DNA from: Eledone cirrhosa
Taxonomy: Eukaryota
DNA: 64,000 nucleotides
NCBI GenBank assembly: GCA_964016885.1
Contig: OZ024743.1
Coordinates: forward strand, 230,578,001-230,642,000
Reading direction: 5' to 3'
The position numbers and the translations under genes were made by a program. A model generated the notes under the pieces. The model saw only the letters and a program-made list of their open reading frames with translations, had not been told where the DNA came from and searched no databases. Position 1 is the stretch's first letter. Every line of letters starts with the position of its first letter. This document shows positions 52,942 to 64,000 of the stretch, piece by piece.

Positions 52942-55023
52942 ATGGCTACGAAAAAGAAATTTCATACGTCACTCCCACTCATTCCGTCTTCTTCTTCCTC
53001 AATCATCACTACAGCAGAGAGAAGATTGTCTCTCTCCCTCCCTTCTTTAAATGTGTCTCTCTCCCTCCCTTCTCTTTCGCAAGCGACGAAAGAAAAGAAA
53101 AGTCTCGTGCAAAGCGTGCAAGGTTTCTCCACGACGACGACGACAGCGACGAAACAGGTGTGCGGGAAATACGAAAACCCAGTTCATTCGTCTGACGTCA
53201 GGAATAATAGCAGTAGCAGCCGTAATAACAACAGCAACAGTGACAATGAAAACAACAGTAGCAGCCGCAACAGCATCACCAACAGCATAAACAACAACAG
53301 CATTAGCAGCAGCAACACCAACAACAACCACAGCAACAGCGGCGGAGGCAGTAGTCGTAGTACCTGCAGCAACAAAAGTACCAGCAGCTCTGACGACAAC
53401 AACAACAGCAGAGAAAAACCAATCTCATTTGCAGGTATTGCGAAAAACTTGGAAACAATCCTCATAACAAATGAGGAATTAGAGGAAGCGAAGAAGATGG
53501 TGACAAAGAACGGACACCGAGCAATCTGCAAGGCAGCGAAAAATTTTTTCGAAACCCAAGAGCACTGTACGGTCACGTACCGTACAGTAAGTACAAAATC
53601 CCGTAGGGTGGAAAGAGCCACAGAGGCCCAAATACAAAAAGCCTTGGGGTCTGTGTGGCAGAGGAAAACGCACATCACCCGAGGCAAAAAATACGCCACC
53701 GTAGACGTACTTTTTGCCACACCCCAGGAGGCAAAGGCCCAATCAGTAGTGACCCTAAGGAGCGAGGAAATGGTGTTGGTGCCCTCCTACTGCGGGCAAA
53801 AAATTGTGAGGGTCAAACTGACCCACGTCCCCCCCGGAATGACCCCTTCTTGGCTGGCCGCGTCTGTCCTCGTCGGAATCGAGGACAAAACAACTGTACT
53901 GCAAGTACAGAAAAAAGTAAGAGAAGATTGGGTCGGCTCCTCCATTGAGATGCTAATCCAAACCAACCAGGAGTGCATCGAAGCTATCCCGGATGTGATA
54001 GACTTCGATAACGGCACTCAACTGCCCATAAGTGTTGAGGGCAAACGCCCGAAATGCTTTCGCTGTGGATCGAAGACTCACCTCAGGGCCTTCTGCAACG
54101 AGAAGACCCTGAGAAAGGAGAAAACCCCCCTCCTTCCGAATCCGGCTCCACGGCTACCAGCAACAGGACAAGCGGCAACCAGGAACGATAGGTCCGTGGC
54201 ACCCATACCCACTCCACGGAAATCAAAGACAGCAGCAGCAGTGGAAATATTAACAACAACAACAGCAATACCAAATGCAGCTGCAACAGAGACTCCAGTG
54301 CAAACATCACCAACAACAACAAGTGAAAGAGTGGAGCTGGTACCCCTCCCCGACCTTACAGAATCAGACATGGAGTGTGAGGTGGGAGAGGGATGGCAAA
54401 AGGTCGCAAGAAGGCACAAACGCAGAAGCAGCGCATCGTCGCCTTTGAAAAGGGAGGAAAGAAATGAGAAAAGGGTAAAGTCTACTGCAAAGAGACCCAC
54501 AGCAGCAACACCACCAACACCATCACCACCCACACCAGCACCACCATCACCACCGGCGACAACCCCACCGCCAACAACACCTTCAACACCACCACCACAA
54601 GCACCAACATCGCAAACACAACAACAAAACACACACACCCAGCAACAACGACAAGAAAATAGCAGAACCACACCCCACCCCCAGAAAAACAAATGCACGG
54701 CAATAAACACACACAACAAGAAACTAATGACTTACATAATTGAACACACAGACATTTCACAACAGGACTACATAATACCAGCACCAATCAAAACGCCAAC
54801 TAACATAAGACTGCTAAAAATAGCACAGAAACAATACACAAACATTAAAACGAAATTCCCCAACGCAGTTGGTGATTTCAGGGACCTAGGAGGAACCATT
54901 AATCGAAGAGTATATTCAGACATTCTCTTAGAAGAGCCGACGACCAGCAAAAGGGACGATTCACCAGACGATCAAGTGAAAAGGGATGTAAAAACCATCC
55001 CTCCTCTACCAAAAGTACGGTAA
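52942..55023 (+). CDS. LINE ORF1 (gag-like: RRM-like region, one CCHC knuckle, N/S- and P/T-rich linkers)
   Basis: Intact ORF from ATG 52942 with CFRCGSKTHLRAFC, located directly upstream of the APE-RT ORF. Confidence 0.85.
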   Translation: MATKKKFHTSLPLIPSSSSSIITTAERRLSLSLPSLNVSLSLPSLSQATKEKKSLVQSVQGFSTTTTTATKQVCGKYENPVHSSDVRNNSSSSRNNNSNSDNENNSSSRNSITNSINNNSISSSNTNNNHSNSGGGSSRSTCSNKSTSSSDDNNNSREKPISFAGIAKNLETILITNEELEEAKKMVTKNGHRAICKAAKNFFETQEHCTVTYRTVSTKSRRVERATEAQIQKALGSVWQRKTHITRGKKYATVDVLFATPQEAKAQSVVTLRSEEMVLVPSYCGQKIVRVKLTHVPPGMTPSWLAASVLVGIEDKTTVLQVQKKVREDWVGSSIEMLIQTNQECIEAIPDVIDFDNGTQLPISVEGKRPKCFRCGSKTHLRAFCNEKTLRKEKTPLLPNPAPRLPATGQAATRNDRSVAPIPTPRKSKTAAAVEILTTTTAIPNAAATETPVQTSPTTTSERVELVPLPDLTESDMECEVGEGWQKVARRHKRRSSASSPLKREERNEKRVKSTAKRPTAATPPTPSPPTPAPPSPPATTPPPTTPSTPPPQAPTSQTQQQNTHTQQQRQENSRTTPHPQKNKCTAINTHNKKLMTYIIEHTDISQQDYIIPAPIKTPTNIRLLKIAQKQYTNIKTKFPNAVGDFRDLGGTINRRVYSDILLEEPTTSKRDDSPDDQVKRDVKTIPPLPKVR

Positions 55024-55058
55024 GTGGTCTTTCCCATCTTTTCCACTCTATTTTAAAC

Positions 55059-58000
55059 ATGACCTCACTCAGAATAGGCAGCATAAATGCGCGTGGCTTG
55101 GGGTCGTCATGGAAGCAGGGTCACCTGCTCAACGACCTCAGGTCACTAAACATAGATGTAGTGGCCATCAGCGAGACCAGAATCTCCGAAGCACGGGCCT
55201 TCGCACCGATCTTCGGCGGCTACGATGTGTACGCATCTCCCAGCCGTCCTGGATCGGGTGGAGGAGTTGCTGTGCTTTTTCGGAGAGGTTTGGATCTCGC
55301 CATACGGGCCATCTTCCTGGACCCAGAGAGTAAGCTGGTGGTGCTGGACGTGACCAGCGGAGACGGGCAAGCTTTCAGGCTAGTGGCCGTCTATGCCCCG
55401 ACAGGAGCAGGGCGGCCTGATTTCTTCCGGCGTCTGGAGACCTTTCTTGGAACGTCCCGCTCTTTAGTGTTAGTGGGCGACTGGAACGGGATCTTAGATG
55501 CACGCTGGGACTGTGTGGGATTAGCGGATAGGGGTGGAGGGTGCAAGAGCCTCACCAACCTGCTCAGGCGTTTTGAACTGTCTGACAGGTACCGATTGGA
55601 TTTCCCGAATGTGCCAATGTGGACTTGGACAAACCGCATAGGGTCATCCAGATCATATCTAGATAGAGTATTTTGTAGGGAAATAGATAGGTCTAGCATA
55701 GGCTGTCCACAATTCAAGATAGTCAGCTACACGGACCACAAATTCGTGACCTGTGTGCTTGACTTAGATAGGCTTCATAGACGAGGACCCGGCTACTGGA
55801 AGCTAAACGCGTCCTTACCAGCGCGCAAGGCCTACAGAGACCGGATTAGCGAACTAGTTAAGCGGGCGTTGACGGGGGCCATCGTCAACAACAAGTGGTG
55901 GTTTGCTCTGAAAAGAGCGATTAGAATAGAATCGATTAGGTTTAGTAAGGCTTTAGCAATAGAGAAAAATAGAGCAGAGGGAGAACTAGTTAGAAAATTA
56001 GACGAGGCGCTTAGCAAAGGCATTGCGACCGACGTGCTTGCGGCGAAATTGGCCCTTGACCAATTCTTCAATGCAAAGCACGAAGGCTGCGTTGTCGGAG
56101 CTAGGGTGCGTGCTCTCAGACACGAGGGGACGAAAGCCGTTCAATGGGCCCGAGTGGCGGAGGCGCGTCGTGGCAACAAAGCCACGATCCGGTCTTTGGT
56201 GGACCACGACGGGCGCATGCTACTCGATCCCGGGCAAATGTGTGAAGCTTTTCAGCGACACTTCGCTCAGCTGTTCGGGGGCAGCGGGGGGCCGGGTAGA
56301 GGGATGGACTTTAGTGTCTACCTCGACGGACTGCCGCGGCTCTCGGCCACTGAGGCGAGGTGTTGCGAAAAGCCGATAACAGCCGCTGAAGTACGGGAGG
56401 CAATGACTGGCTGCACAAGGGGTAAATGGTTTGGATGGTCTGCCCTATGAACTTTACGTACAGATGCCAGACTTGTTCGGAGGCCTCTTGGCGGACGTCT
56501 ACTGCAACTGGCAACAGAACGGGAGAATTCCCAGTTCTGTGAGCCGAGGAGCGGTGGCACTGCTGAGAAAGGATCCGAACAAGGGGGATAACATAGACAA
56601 TTTCCGGCCCATAACTCTGCTAAACACAGATTTTAAGATTTTGGCCAAGGTGCTAGCAAAGAGGTTGGCGCTTGTCGTTGGTGGTCTGGTGGGAGAGGCG
56701 CAGACATGCGCCATTCCCGACAGATCCATCCACGACAACCTCCACCTCATGCGATACATCGTAGAGAGGGTAGCTAGGGAACCTGGCACGGGTGGGTCCT
56801 TGATCAATTTAGATCAGTCGAAAGCTTTCGATAGGGTCGACCATCGTTACCTAGCGGCAGTCCTGAGGGCGGCTGGCTTTGGGCCCGTCTTCAGAGGCTG
56901 GATCGCTGCCATGCACAGCGACATCTGCTCTGTGGTGAGAGTGAACGGTCACCTGTCGGAACCGTTCAACATCATGCGCTCGGTCCGCCAAGGATGTCCC
57001 CTCTCGTCCCTCTTGTACGTATTGACTCTCGAGCCATTACTGCACAAACTGGAGACGTTGAGGGGAGTCCCGCGCGAACTAGGATGCGGAAGATCCGTGT
57101 CAGCATATGCGGACGATGTCACCGTAGTGGTGTCGAACGCCAAACACATCGAGGCGATCGGCACTACACTAAGAGAATACGAAGCGGTGACAGGAGCAAT
57201 GATCAACCAGGAAAAGTCAGTGGGCCTGCAGCTCGGCACCTGGAGAGGCAGGTCCATGCCGTCCAACAGCGTCGTCGGGCGCTGGACGGACGGACCGGTT
57301 AAATTGCTAGGGGTCTGGTTCGGTCCGGACCTCCAGACGGACAAAAACTGGGACGAGGTGACGAGCAGGGTGGCTTCTCTCACCCAGAAATGGGCGGAGA
57401 GGAAGCTATCCCTGAAAGGTCGAGCGGAGGTGGCTAACGCGTACATCGCGTCTGTCAGCTGCTACCGCCTAACCGTCGTACCTTGTCCTAAGCCTCGCCT
57501 GACTGCGCTGGAGCGTTTGCTCTTTCGCTTTTTGTGGAAGGGACGTGCTCCGATGGTCAGGCGGTCCATCTGTTGTCAACACCCGCTACGTGGAGGGCTG
57601 GGCATGCCGTGGCTGATGATGCGCAGGCACGCGCTCAGGCTACGACATCTCCACCTCTTCCTCGACGGTGATCAGGTGTGGTCGCCGTTTGCTAGACGCG
57701 TTTTTCCCCAGCTCGTTTCCTTGACGGAGCTGCAGTCCTGGGTCAAGCGAAGACCGAGAGGGAGCGCCTGGAGACTGGAATGTCTTCAGGCGCTCACAGC
57801 CCTCGACCAATCGGGCAATGTGATCGGTGGAAACTCCACCTCGGCGTTCTATAGAGGATTAGTGGAGGGGAAGAGCGACGACGTACTTGGGGAAACTCTA
57901 GGCGTCGACGAAAATCAACTAGCCAATCTCTTCGGAAGAACATTCGGGCCAGGGCCTATGGACAACTTCCAGAAATCTCTGGCCTGGCAGTGCTACCGAG

Positions 58001-58473
58001 GAGCCTTGCCAGTTCGGGATAAACTCTACAGGCATGGAGGTGCCGTCAGCCGGGCATGTCCGAGATGCGCGCAGGGCGACGAAACCGTCCTGCACGCACT
58101 CGTCCAGTGTCCGAAAATTGCTGACTTGTGGGTTTATGTCGAACACCTGCTGTCGCGTTTAGGACGGATCCAGCTATCATCTGAGTCTATCGTGAGGATT
58201 GCCCCGCCCTCCTCCTTTAGCCGGGAAGGGCAGGCAGTTTTTATCTGTCTGGTGGCCATGGCGAAAGAGATAGTATGGTGGACACGTTTGAAAGGGCTGA
58301 AGACGAGCACTTACCTCTTCGGTGATGCTCTGATTGACTTTTTCAAATATAATTTGAAAAGGAAAATCAGAGTAGAGAAGGAAGTGCTCTCTTCCCAGCA
58401 TTTTGTTGAAAGATGGGTGAGAGAAGCAAGAATTGCCCGAGTGAATGGGCCGACTCTGAGTATATATCTGTAA
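55059..58473 (+). pseudogene. LINE ORF2 (APE endonuclease + RT + C-terminal CCHC), single frameshift
   Basis: SINARG/SETR/VYAP/GDWN/SYLDR/TDH/WKLN; NFRPITLLNTD, QGCPLS, YADD; CPRCAQGDETVLHALVQC. A 5-nt deletion at ~56427 relative to copy 3 (GGTAAAT[CGCCT]GGTTTG) shifts the frame. Confidence 0.93.
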
Positions 58474-58733
58474 ACTAAAGGTGGAAAACTGGGAGAGGGC
58501 ACTTGCCTTGGTGGTCAGGGTCATTGTGGCTTTTTACTGGGCTTTCTCCACAAATGTCCCTCCGAAGTCTCCCCCCTATTGGGGAATTTTTCATTGTTAT
58601 TTTCATTGTTATTTTTGTTACATCCTCTGTTTTTGTTTTTTTACACGCAGAAATGCCCATTTGTACCGTCCTGCATTGTCCTGCACTGTCCTTAATGTCT
58701 ACTTTATGTAAACCCTTGTGGTTAATAAAGAAA

Positions 58734-58786
<53 letters not shown>

Positions 58787-58995
58787 GGCGACCTACGTAG
58801 GAAATCGTATTATCGTGAGCTCCGCAAAGGTTTGTTATTTCCGTTTGTTTAAAAATTGCCATTTATGGAAAATTTTATTATAAACTGTTTATAAGCACAC
58901 ATACATTGTTTTCCGAAAAGGACACCCAAAAAGATTGGGGCCTTGTGCCCAAAATTTTAACTTTTATTATTATCCAAAAATTTCTTTGAAAAAAA

Positions 58996-60954
58996 ATGGC
59001 TAATTCCCCTCTGCACGAAGCAGCTGAAAGCCTTCCTCAGAAAATAACACCTCACACCGACACCACCATTGTAAATGTTACTACGTTTGCCAACACAAAA
59101 AAAAATATAAGCAGTAGCAATATTTTAAATTTGTCTCAGGCAGACATTCATTTCCCGCCATTACCAATGACTGTAAGGTGTTAAACCCTCCACCACCACC
59201 ACCACCGCGACAACAGAAACAAAAGAAGAAACAAATAAATTAACTCGTGACGTCGAAATGAAATCAAGCAAAATGGACTCTTCCCCACCAAAGACGACTG
59301 ACGTCACCACCACCACAACTGAAAATAAAATTAATATTAACGATAGCAACAACAACAACAATGACATTATAAAACCGACCCTCAGTTTCGCCATCGTAGC
59401 AAAACAATTCGAAGCGTTCACGGTAACTCAAGAAGATTTAGAAAATGCCAAACAAATGGTAAAGAAAGATGGGTACAGGGTCAGCCCCCCCCCCCCACCT
59501 AATAAAATGGAGCATCGGCGCCTGTGCACCGTGTCGTATAGAACAATAAATGTAAAATCGCGCCGAGTGGAACGGGCATCCGAGTCCCAAATCCAAAAAG
59601 CTTTGGGACATGTGTGGGCAAGAAAAACCCACATCAGACGTGGGCAAAAGTATGGAACCGTGGATGTGTTCTTTGAAACACCAGAGGAGGCTAGAGAACA
59701 CTCCATGGCCCCATTAAAAAGTGACGACCTCACACTCGTCCCAAGCTATTGTGGCCAGAGACTCGTAAAGATCAGGGTGACCCACGTTCCACCGGCCATC
59801 GAAATTCCCTGGCTAATAGCGGCTGTCCTCGCCGGCATCGAAGCCAACACAAAAATAATAGCAGTAGCAAAAGAAAAGCAGGAAAACTGGTCCGGATCTG
59901 GGATGGAGCTCCTGATTCAAGCGGACCAAAAAAGCATTGAGGAGATCCCAGAGGTAATAGACCTCACTGACGGCAGCCACCTCACGGTAATTGTCGAAGG
60001 CAGAAGACCTAGGTGTGTCGTTTGTGGTGAAGGAACCCACCTAAGGGCTTTCTGCCCTCAGGCTAAAAGGTTGAGGCCACCTCTCCTACCCACCCCAGTG
60101 ACACAACCATCAACACCACCAGTAGCAGAGATGGCAGCAACAACTGTAGCAGCAACAACAGAAGCAACTATAACAGCAACAACCCCAGCAACAGTAGCAA
60201 AACCAACACCACTACCACCACCAGCAAAACCAACACCACCACCACCCAACGCTTCAGAACTAGCACCAGCGCCTACACCATCCACCACACCACAACCAAA
60301 ACTAACGGCTGTGGAGGATTTTCCATTCCCGGCCTATCACAACTGGAGACAGATTGTGACGACGAGGAGTGGGAAACGATATCCGGAAAAAAAAAAAGAA
60401 ACCAAAAAAGAAAAAATTCTCTTCCTTCCCCCTCCAAAAACAAAATACAGAGGGAAACAAATAAACTAAGAAACAAAAAAGTTAGGACAGATATGCCACC
60501 ATCCACACCAGCATCACCAACCCCATCAACCCAAACACCAACACCATCACCATCATTATCCCCAGCACCACAATCACCTACACCACAAAAGTCACCAAAA
60601 TGCGAAACAGAAACAAACCCACAACAAACGCAAACAAAACAAAACAACCAAAACGATACACACTACACAGCATTAAATTTGAATAACAAGCAATTATTAC
60701 ACTACATCCAACACAACACCAGCATCACAGAAAAAGACTACACAACAACCCCAAAATTCACACCACCTCCACACATACAAATCACTCGCATCACACAGAA
60801 AACGTACATGACACTAAAACAAAAATTCCCCAAAGACATCGGAGACTTCCGACAAGCACTCTCCAGGAGGATTTATAAGGACATCCTTCCTGAGGAGGCC
60901 ACAAGCAGTGAAAAGGATGGAAAAGCCGTCCTTCCCCTACGAGAAGTAAGGTAA
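58996..60954 (+). pseudogene. LINE ORF1, second variant (frameshifted)
   Basis: Pieces 58996-59184, 59258-60469 (CTVSYRT..KSRRVERA..CVVCGEGTHLRAFC) and 60493-60954. Confidence 0.85.
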
Positions 60955-60988
60955 GTGGTCTTTCCCATCTTTTCCACTCCTTTTCAAC

Positions 60989-63900
60989 ATGACCTCACTC
61001 AGAATAGGCAGCATAATTGCGCGTGGCTTGGGGTCGTCATGGAAGCAGGGCCACCTGCTCAACGACCTCAGGTCACTAAACATAGATGTAGTGGCCATCA
61101 GCGAGACCAGAATCTCCGAAGCACAGGCTTTCGCACCGATCTTCGGCGGCTACGATGTGTACGCATCTCCCAGCCGTCCGGGATCGGGGGGAGGAGTTGC
61201 TGTGCTTTTTCGGAGAGGTTTGGATCTTGCCATACGGGCCATCTTCCTGGACCCAGAAGGTAAGTTGGTGGTGCTAGACGTGACCAGCGGAGACGGGCAA
61301 GCTTTCAGGTTAGTGGCCGTCTATGCCCCGACAGGAGCAGGGCGGCCTGATTTCTTCCGGCGTCTGGAGACCTTTCGTGGAACGTCCCGCTCTTTAGTGT
61401 TAGTGGGCGACTGGAACGGGATCTTAGATGCACGCTGGGATTGTGTGGGATTAGTGGATAGGGAAGGAGGGTGCAAGAGTCTCACCAACCTGCTCAGACG
61501 TTTTGAACTGTCTGACAGGTACCGAATGGATTTCCCGAATGTACCAATGTGAACTTGGACAAATCGCATAGGGTCATCCAGATCATATCTAGATAGAGTA
61601 TTTTTTAGGGAAATAGATAGGTCTAGCATAGGCTGTCCACAATTCAAGATAGTCAGCTACACGGACCACAAATTCGTGATCTGTCTGCTTGACTTAGATA
61701 GGCTTCATAGACGAGGACCCGGCTACTGGAAGTTAAACGCGTCCTTACCAGCGCGCAAGGCCTACAGAGACCGGATTAGCGAACTAGTTAAGCGGGCGTT
61801 GACGGGGGCCATCGTCAACAACAAGTGGTGGTTTGCTCTGAAAAGAGCAATTAGAATAGAGTCCATTAGGTTTAGTAAGTCTTTAGCAATAGAGAAAAAT
61901 AGAGCCGAGGGAGAATTAGTTAGAAAATTAGATGAGGCGCTTAGCAAAGGCATCGCGACCGACGTACTTGCGGCGAAATTGGCCCTTGACCAATTCTTCA
62001 ATGCAAAGCACAAAGGCTGCGTTGTCAGAGCTAGGGTGCGTGCTCTCAGACACGAGGGGACAAAAGCCGTTCAATGGGCCCGAGTGGCGGAGGCGCGTCG
62101 TGGCAACAAAGCCACGATCCGGTCTTTGGTGGACCACGACGGGCGCATGCTACTCGATCCCGGGCAAATGTGTGAAGCTTTTCAGCGACACTTCGCTCAA
62201 CTGTTCGGGGGCAGTGGCGGGCCGGATCGAGGGATGGACTTTAGTGTCTACCTCGACGGACTGCCGCGGCTTTCGGCCACTGAGGCGGGGTGTTGCGAAA
62301 AGCCGATAACAACCGCTGAAGTACGGGATGCAATGACTAGTTTCACAAGGGGTAAATCGCCTGGTTTGGATGGTCTGCCCTATGAACTTTACGTACAAAT
62401 GCCAAACTTGTTCGGAGGCCTCTTGGCGGACGTCTACTGCAACTGGCAACAGAACGGGAGAATTCCCAGCTCTGTGAACCGAGGAGCGGTGGCGCTGCTG
62501 AGAAAGGATCCGAATAAGGGGGATAACATAGATAATTTTAGGCCCATAACTCTGCTAAACACAGAGTTCAAGATTTTGGCCAAGGTGCTAGCAAAGAGGT
62601 TGGCGCTTGTCGTTGGTGGTCTGGTGGGAGAGGCACAGACATGCGCCATTCCCGACAGATCCATCCACGACAACCTCCACCTCATGCGATACATCGTAGA
62701 GAGGATAGCTAGGGAACCTGGCACGGGTGGGTCTTTGATCAATTTAGATCAGTCGAAAGTCTTCGATAGGGTCGACCATCGTTACCTAACGGCAATCCTG
62801 AGGGCGGCTGGCTTTGGGCCCGTCTTCAGAGGCTGGATCGCCTCCATGCACAGCGACATCTGCTCTGTAGTGAGAGTGAACGGTCACCTTTCGGAACCGT
62901 TCAACATCATGCGCTCGGTCCGCCAAGGATGTCCCCTCTCGTCCCTATTGTACGTATTGACTCTCGAGCCATTACTGCACAAACTGGAGACGTTGAGGGG
63001 GGTCCCGCGCGAACTAGGATGCGGAAGATCCGTGTCAGCATATGCCGACGATGTCACCGTAGTGGTGTCGAACGCCAAACACATCGAGGCGATCGGCACT
63101 ACACTAAGAGAATACGAAGCGGTGACAGGAGCAATGATCAACCAGGAAAAGTCAGTGGGCCTGCAGCTCGGCACCTGGAGAGGCAGGTCCATGCCGTCCA
63201 ACAGCGTCGTCGGGCGCTGGACGGACGGACCGGTTAAATTGCTAGGGGTCTGTTTCGGTCCAGACCTCCAGACGGACAAAAACTGGGACGAGGTGACGAG
63301 CAGGGTGGCTTCTCTCACCCAGAAATGGACCGAGAGGAAGCTATCCCTGAAAGGTCGAGCGGAGGTGGCGAATGCGTACATCGCATCCGTCATCTACTAC
63401 CGCCTGACCGTCGTACCTTGTCCTAAGCCCCGCCTGACTGCGCTGGAGCGTTTGCTCTTTCGCTTCTTGTGGAAGGGACGCGCTCCGATGGTCAGGCGGT
63501 CCATCTGCTGTCAACACCCGCTACGTGGAGGGCTGGGCATGCCGTGGCTGATGATGCACAGACACGCGCTCAGGCTACGACATCTCCACCTCTTCCTCGA
63601 CGGTGATCAGGTGTGGTCGCCGTTTGCAAGACACGTTTTTCCCCAGCTCGTCTCCTTGACGGAGCTGCAGTCCTGGGTCAAGCGAAGACCGAGAGGGAGC
63701 GCTTGGAGACTGGAATGTCTTCAGGTGCTCACAGCCCTCGACCAATCGGGCAATGTGATCGGTGGAAACTCCACCTTGGCGTTCTATAGGGGATTAGTGG
63801 AGGGGAAGAGCGACGACGTACTTGGAGAAACTCTAGGCGTCGACGAAAATCAACTAGCCAATCTCTTCGGAAGGACTTTCGGGCCGGGGCCTATGGACAA

Positions 63901-64000
63901 CTTCCAGAAATCCCTGGCCTGGCAGTGCTACCGAGGAGCCTTGCCAGTTCGGGATAAACTCTACAGGCATGGAGATGCCGTCAGCCGGGCATGTCCGAGA
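60989..64000 (+). pseudogene. LINE ORF2 (APE-RT), premature stop
   Basis: TGG>TGA at 61550-61552; otherwise colinear with copy 2 through YADD to the window end. Confidence 0.9.

Larger units (their letters stand above)
52726..58787 (+). mobile_element. Tx1/L1-group LINE copy 2, full length
   Basis: 5'UTR, ORF1, ORF2, 3'UTR with AATAAA and (TTA)n tail; preceded by (TTA)n. Confidence 0.95.
58788..64000 (+). mobile_element. Tx1/L1-group LINE copy 3 (runs off the window)
   Basis: Begins immediately after the (TTA)n tail of copy 2. Distinct 5'UTR/ORF1, but ORF2 is nearly identical to copy 2. Confidence 0.95.

Noticed and set aside
42684-63393. Numerous antisense and alternate-frame ORFs overlapping LINE ORFs
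   Set aside because: Shadow ORFs of GC-richer coding sequence, repeated only because the LINE copies are similar.

Overview
AT-rich, microsatellite-dense eukaryotic DNA with no convincing host protein-coding gene. The SINE family and repeat landscape resemble a cephalopod (Octopus-like) genome, which is an inference. About 1-36 kb is a patchwork of (TA)n tracts interrupted by Penelope-like element (PLE) remnants and non-coding repeats carrying type I hammerhead ribozyme (HHR) motifs. These include a near-perfect 310-bp tandem array with six HHRs and a central inversion (retrozyme-like), ~595-bp and ~526-bp partial-tandem units, two PLE RT/GIY-YIG pseudogenes with inverted pLTR copies, tRNA-derived SINEs, a non-autonomous Helitron and a MITE-like element. 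About 37-64 kb is a pile-up of LINEs, mostly joined through (TTA)n tracts: four R4/Dong-like RLE elements on the minus strand and three Tx1/L1-group elements on the plus strand. Most notable: (i) the HHR diversity, including a U3-A8 compensated core and stem II lengths from ~13 to ~290 nt; (ii) a conserved GTAAGT...CAG 52-54 nt putative intron that would fuse Tx1 ORF1 and ORF2 in frame; (iii) ORF1/5'UTR swapping between Tx1 copies. All motifs and pairings were read by eye; no folding or database search was run.
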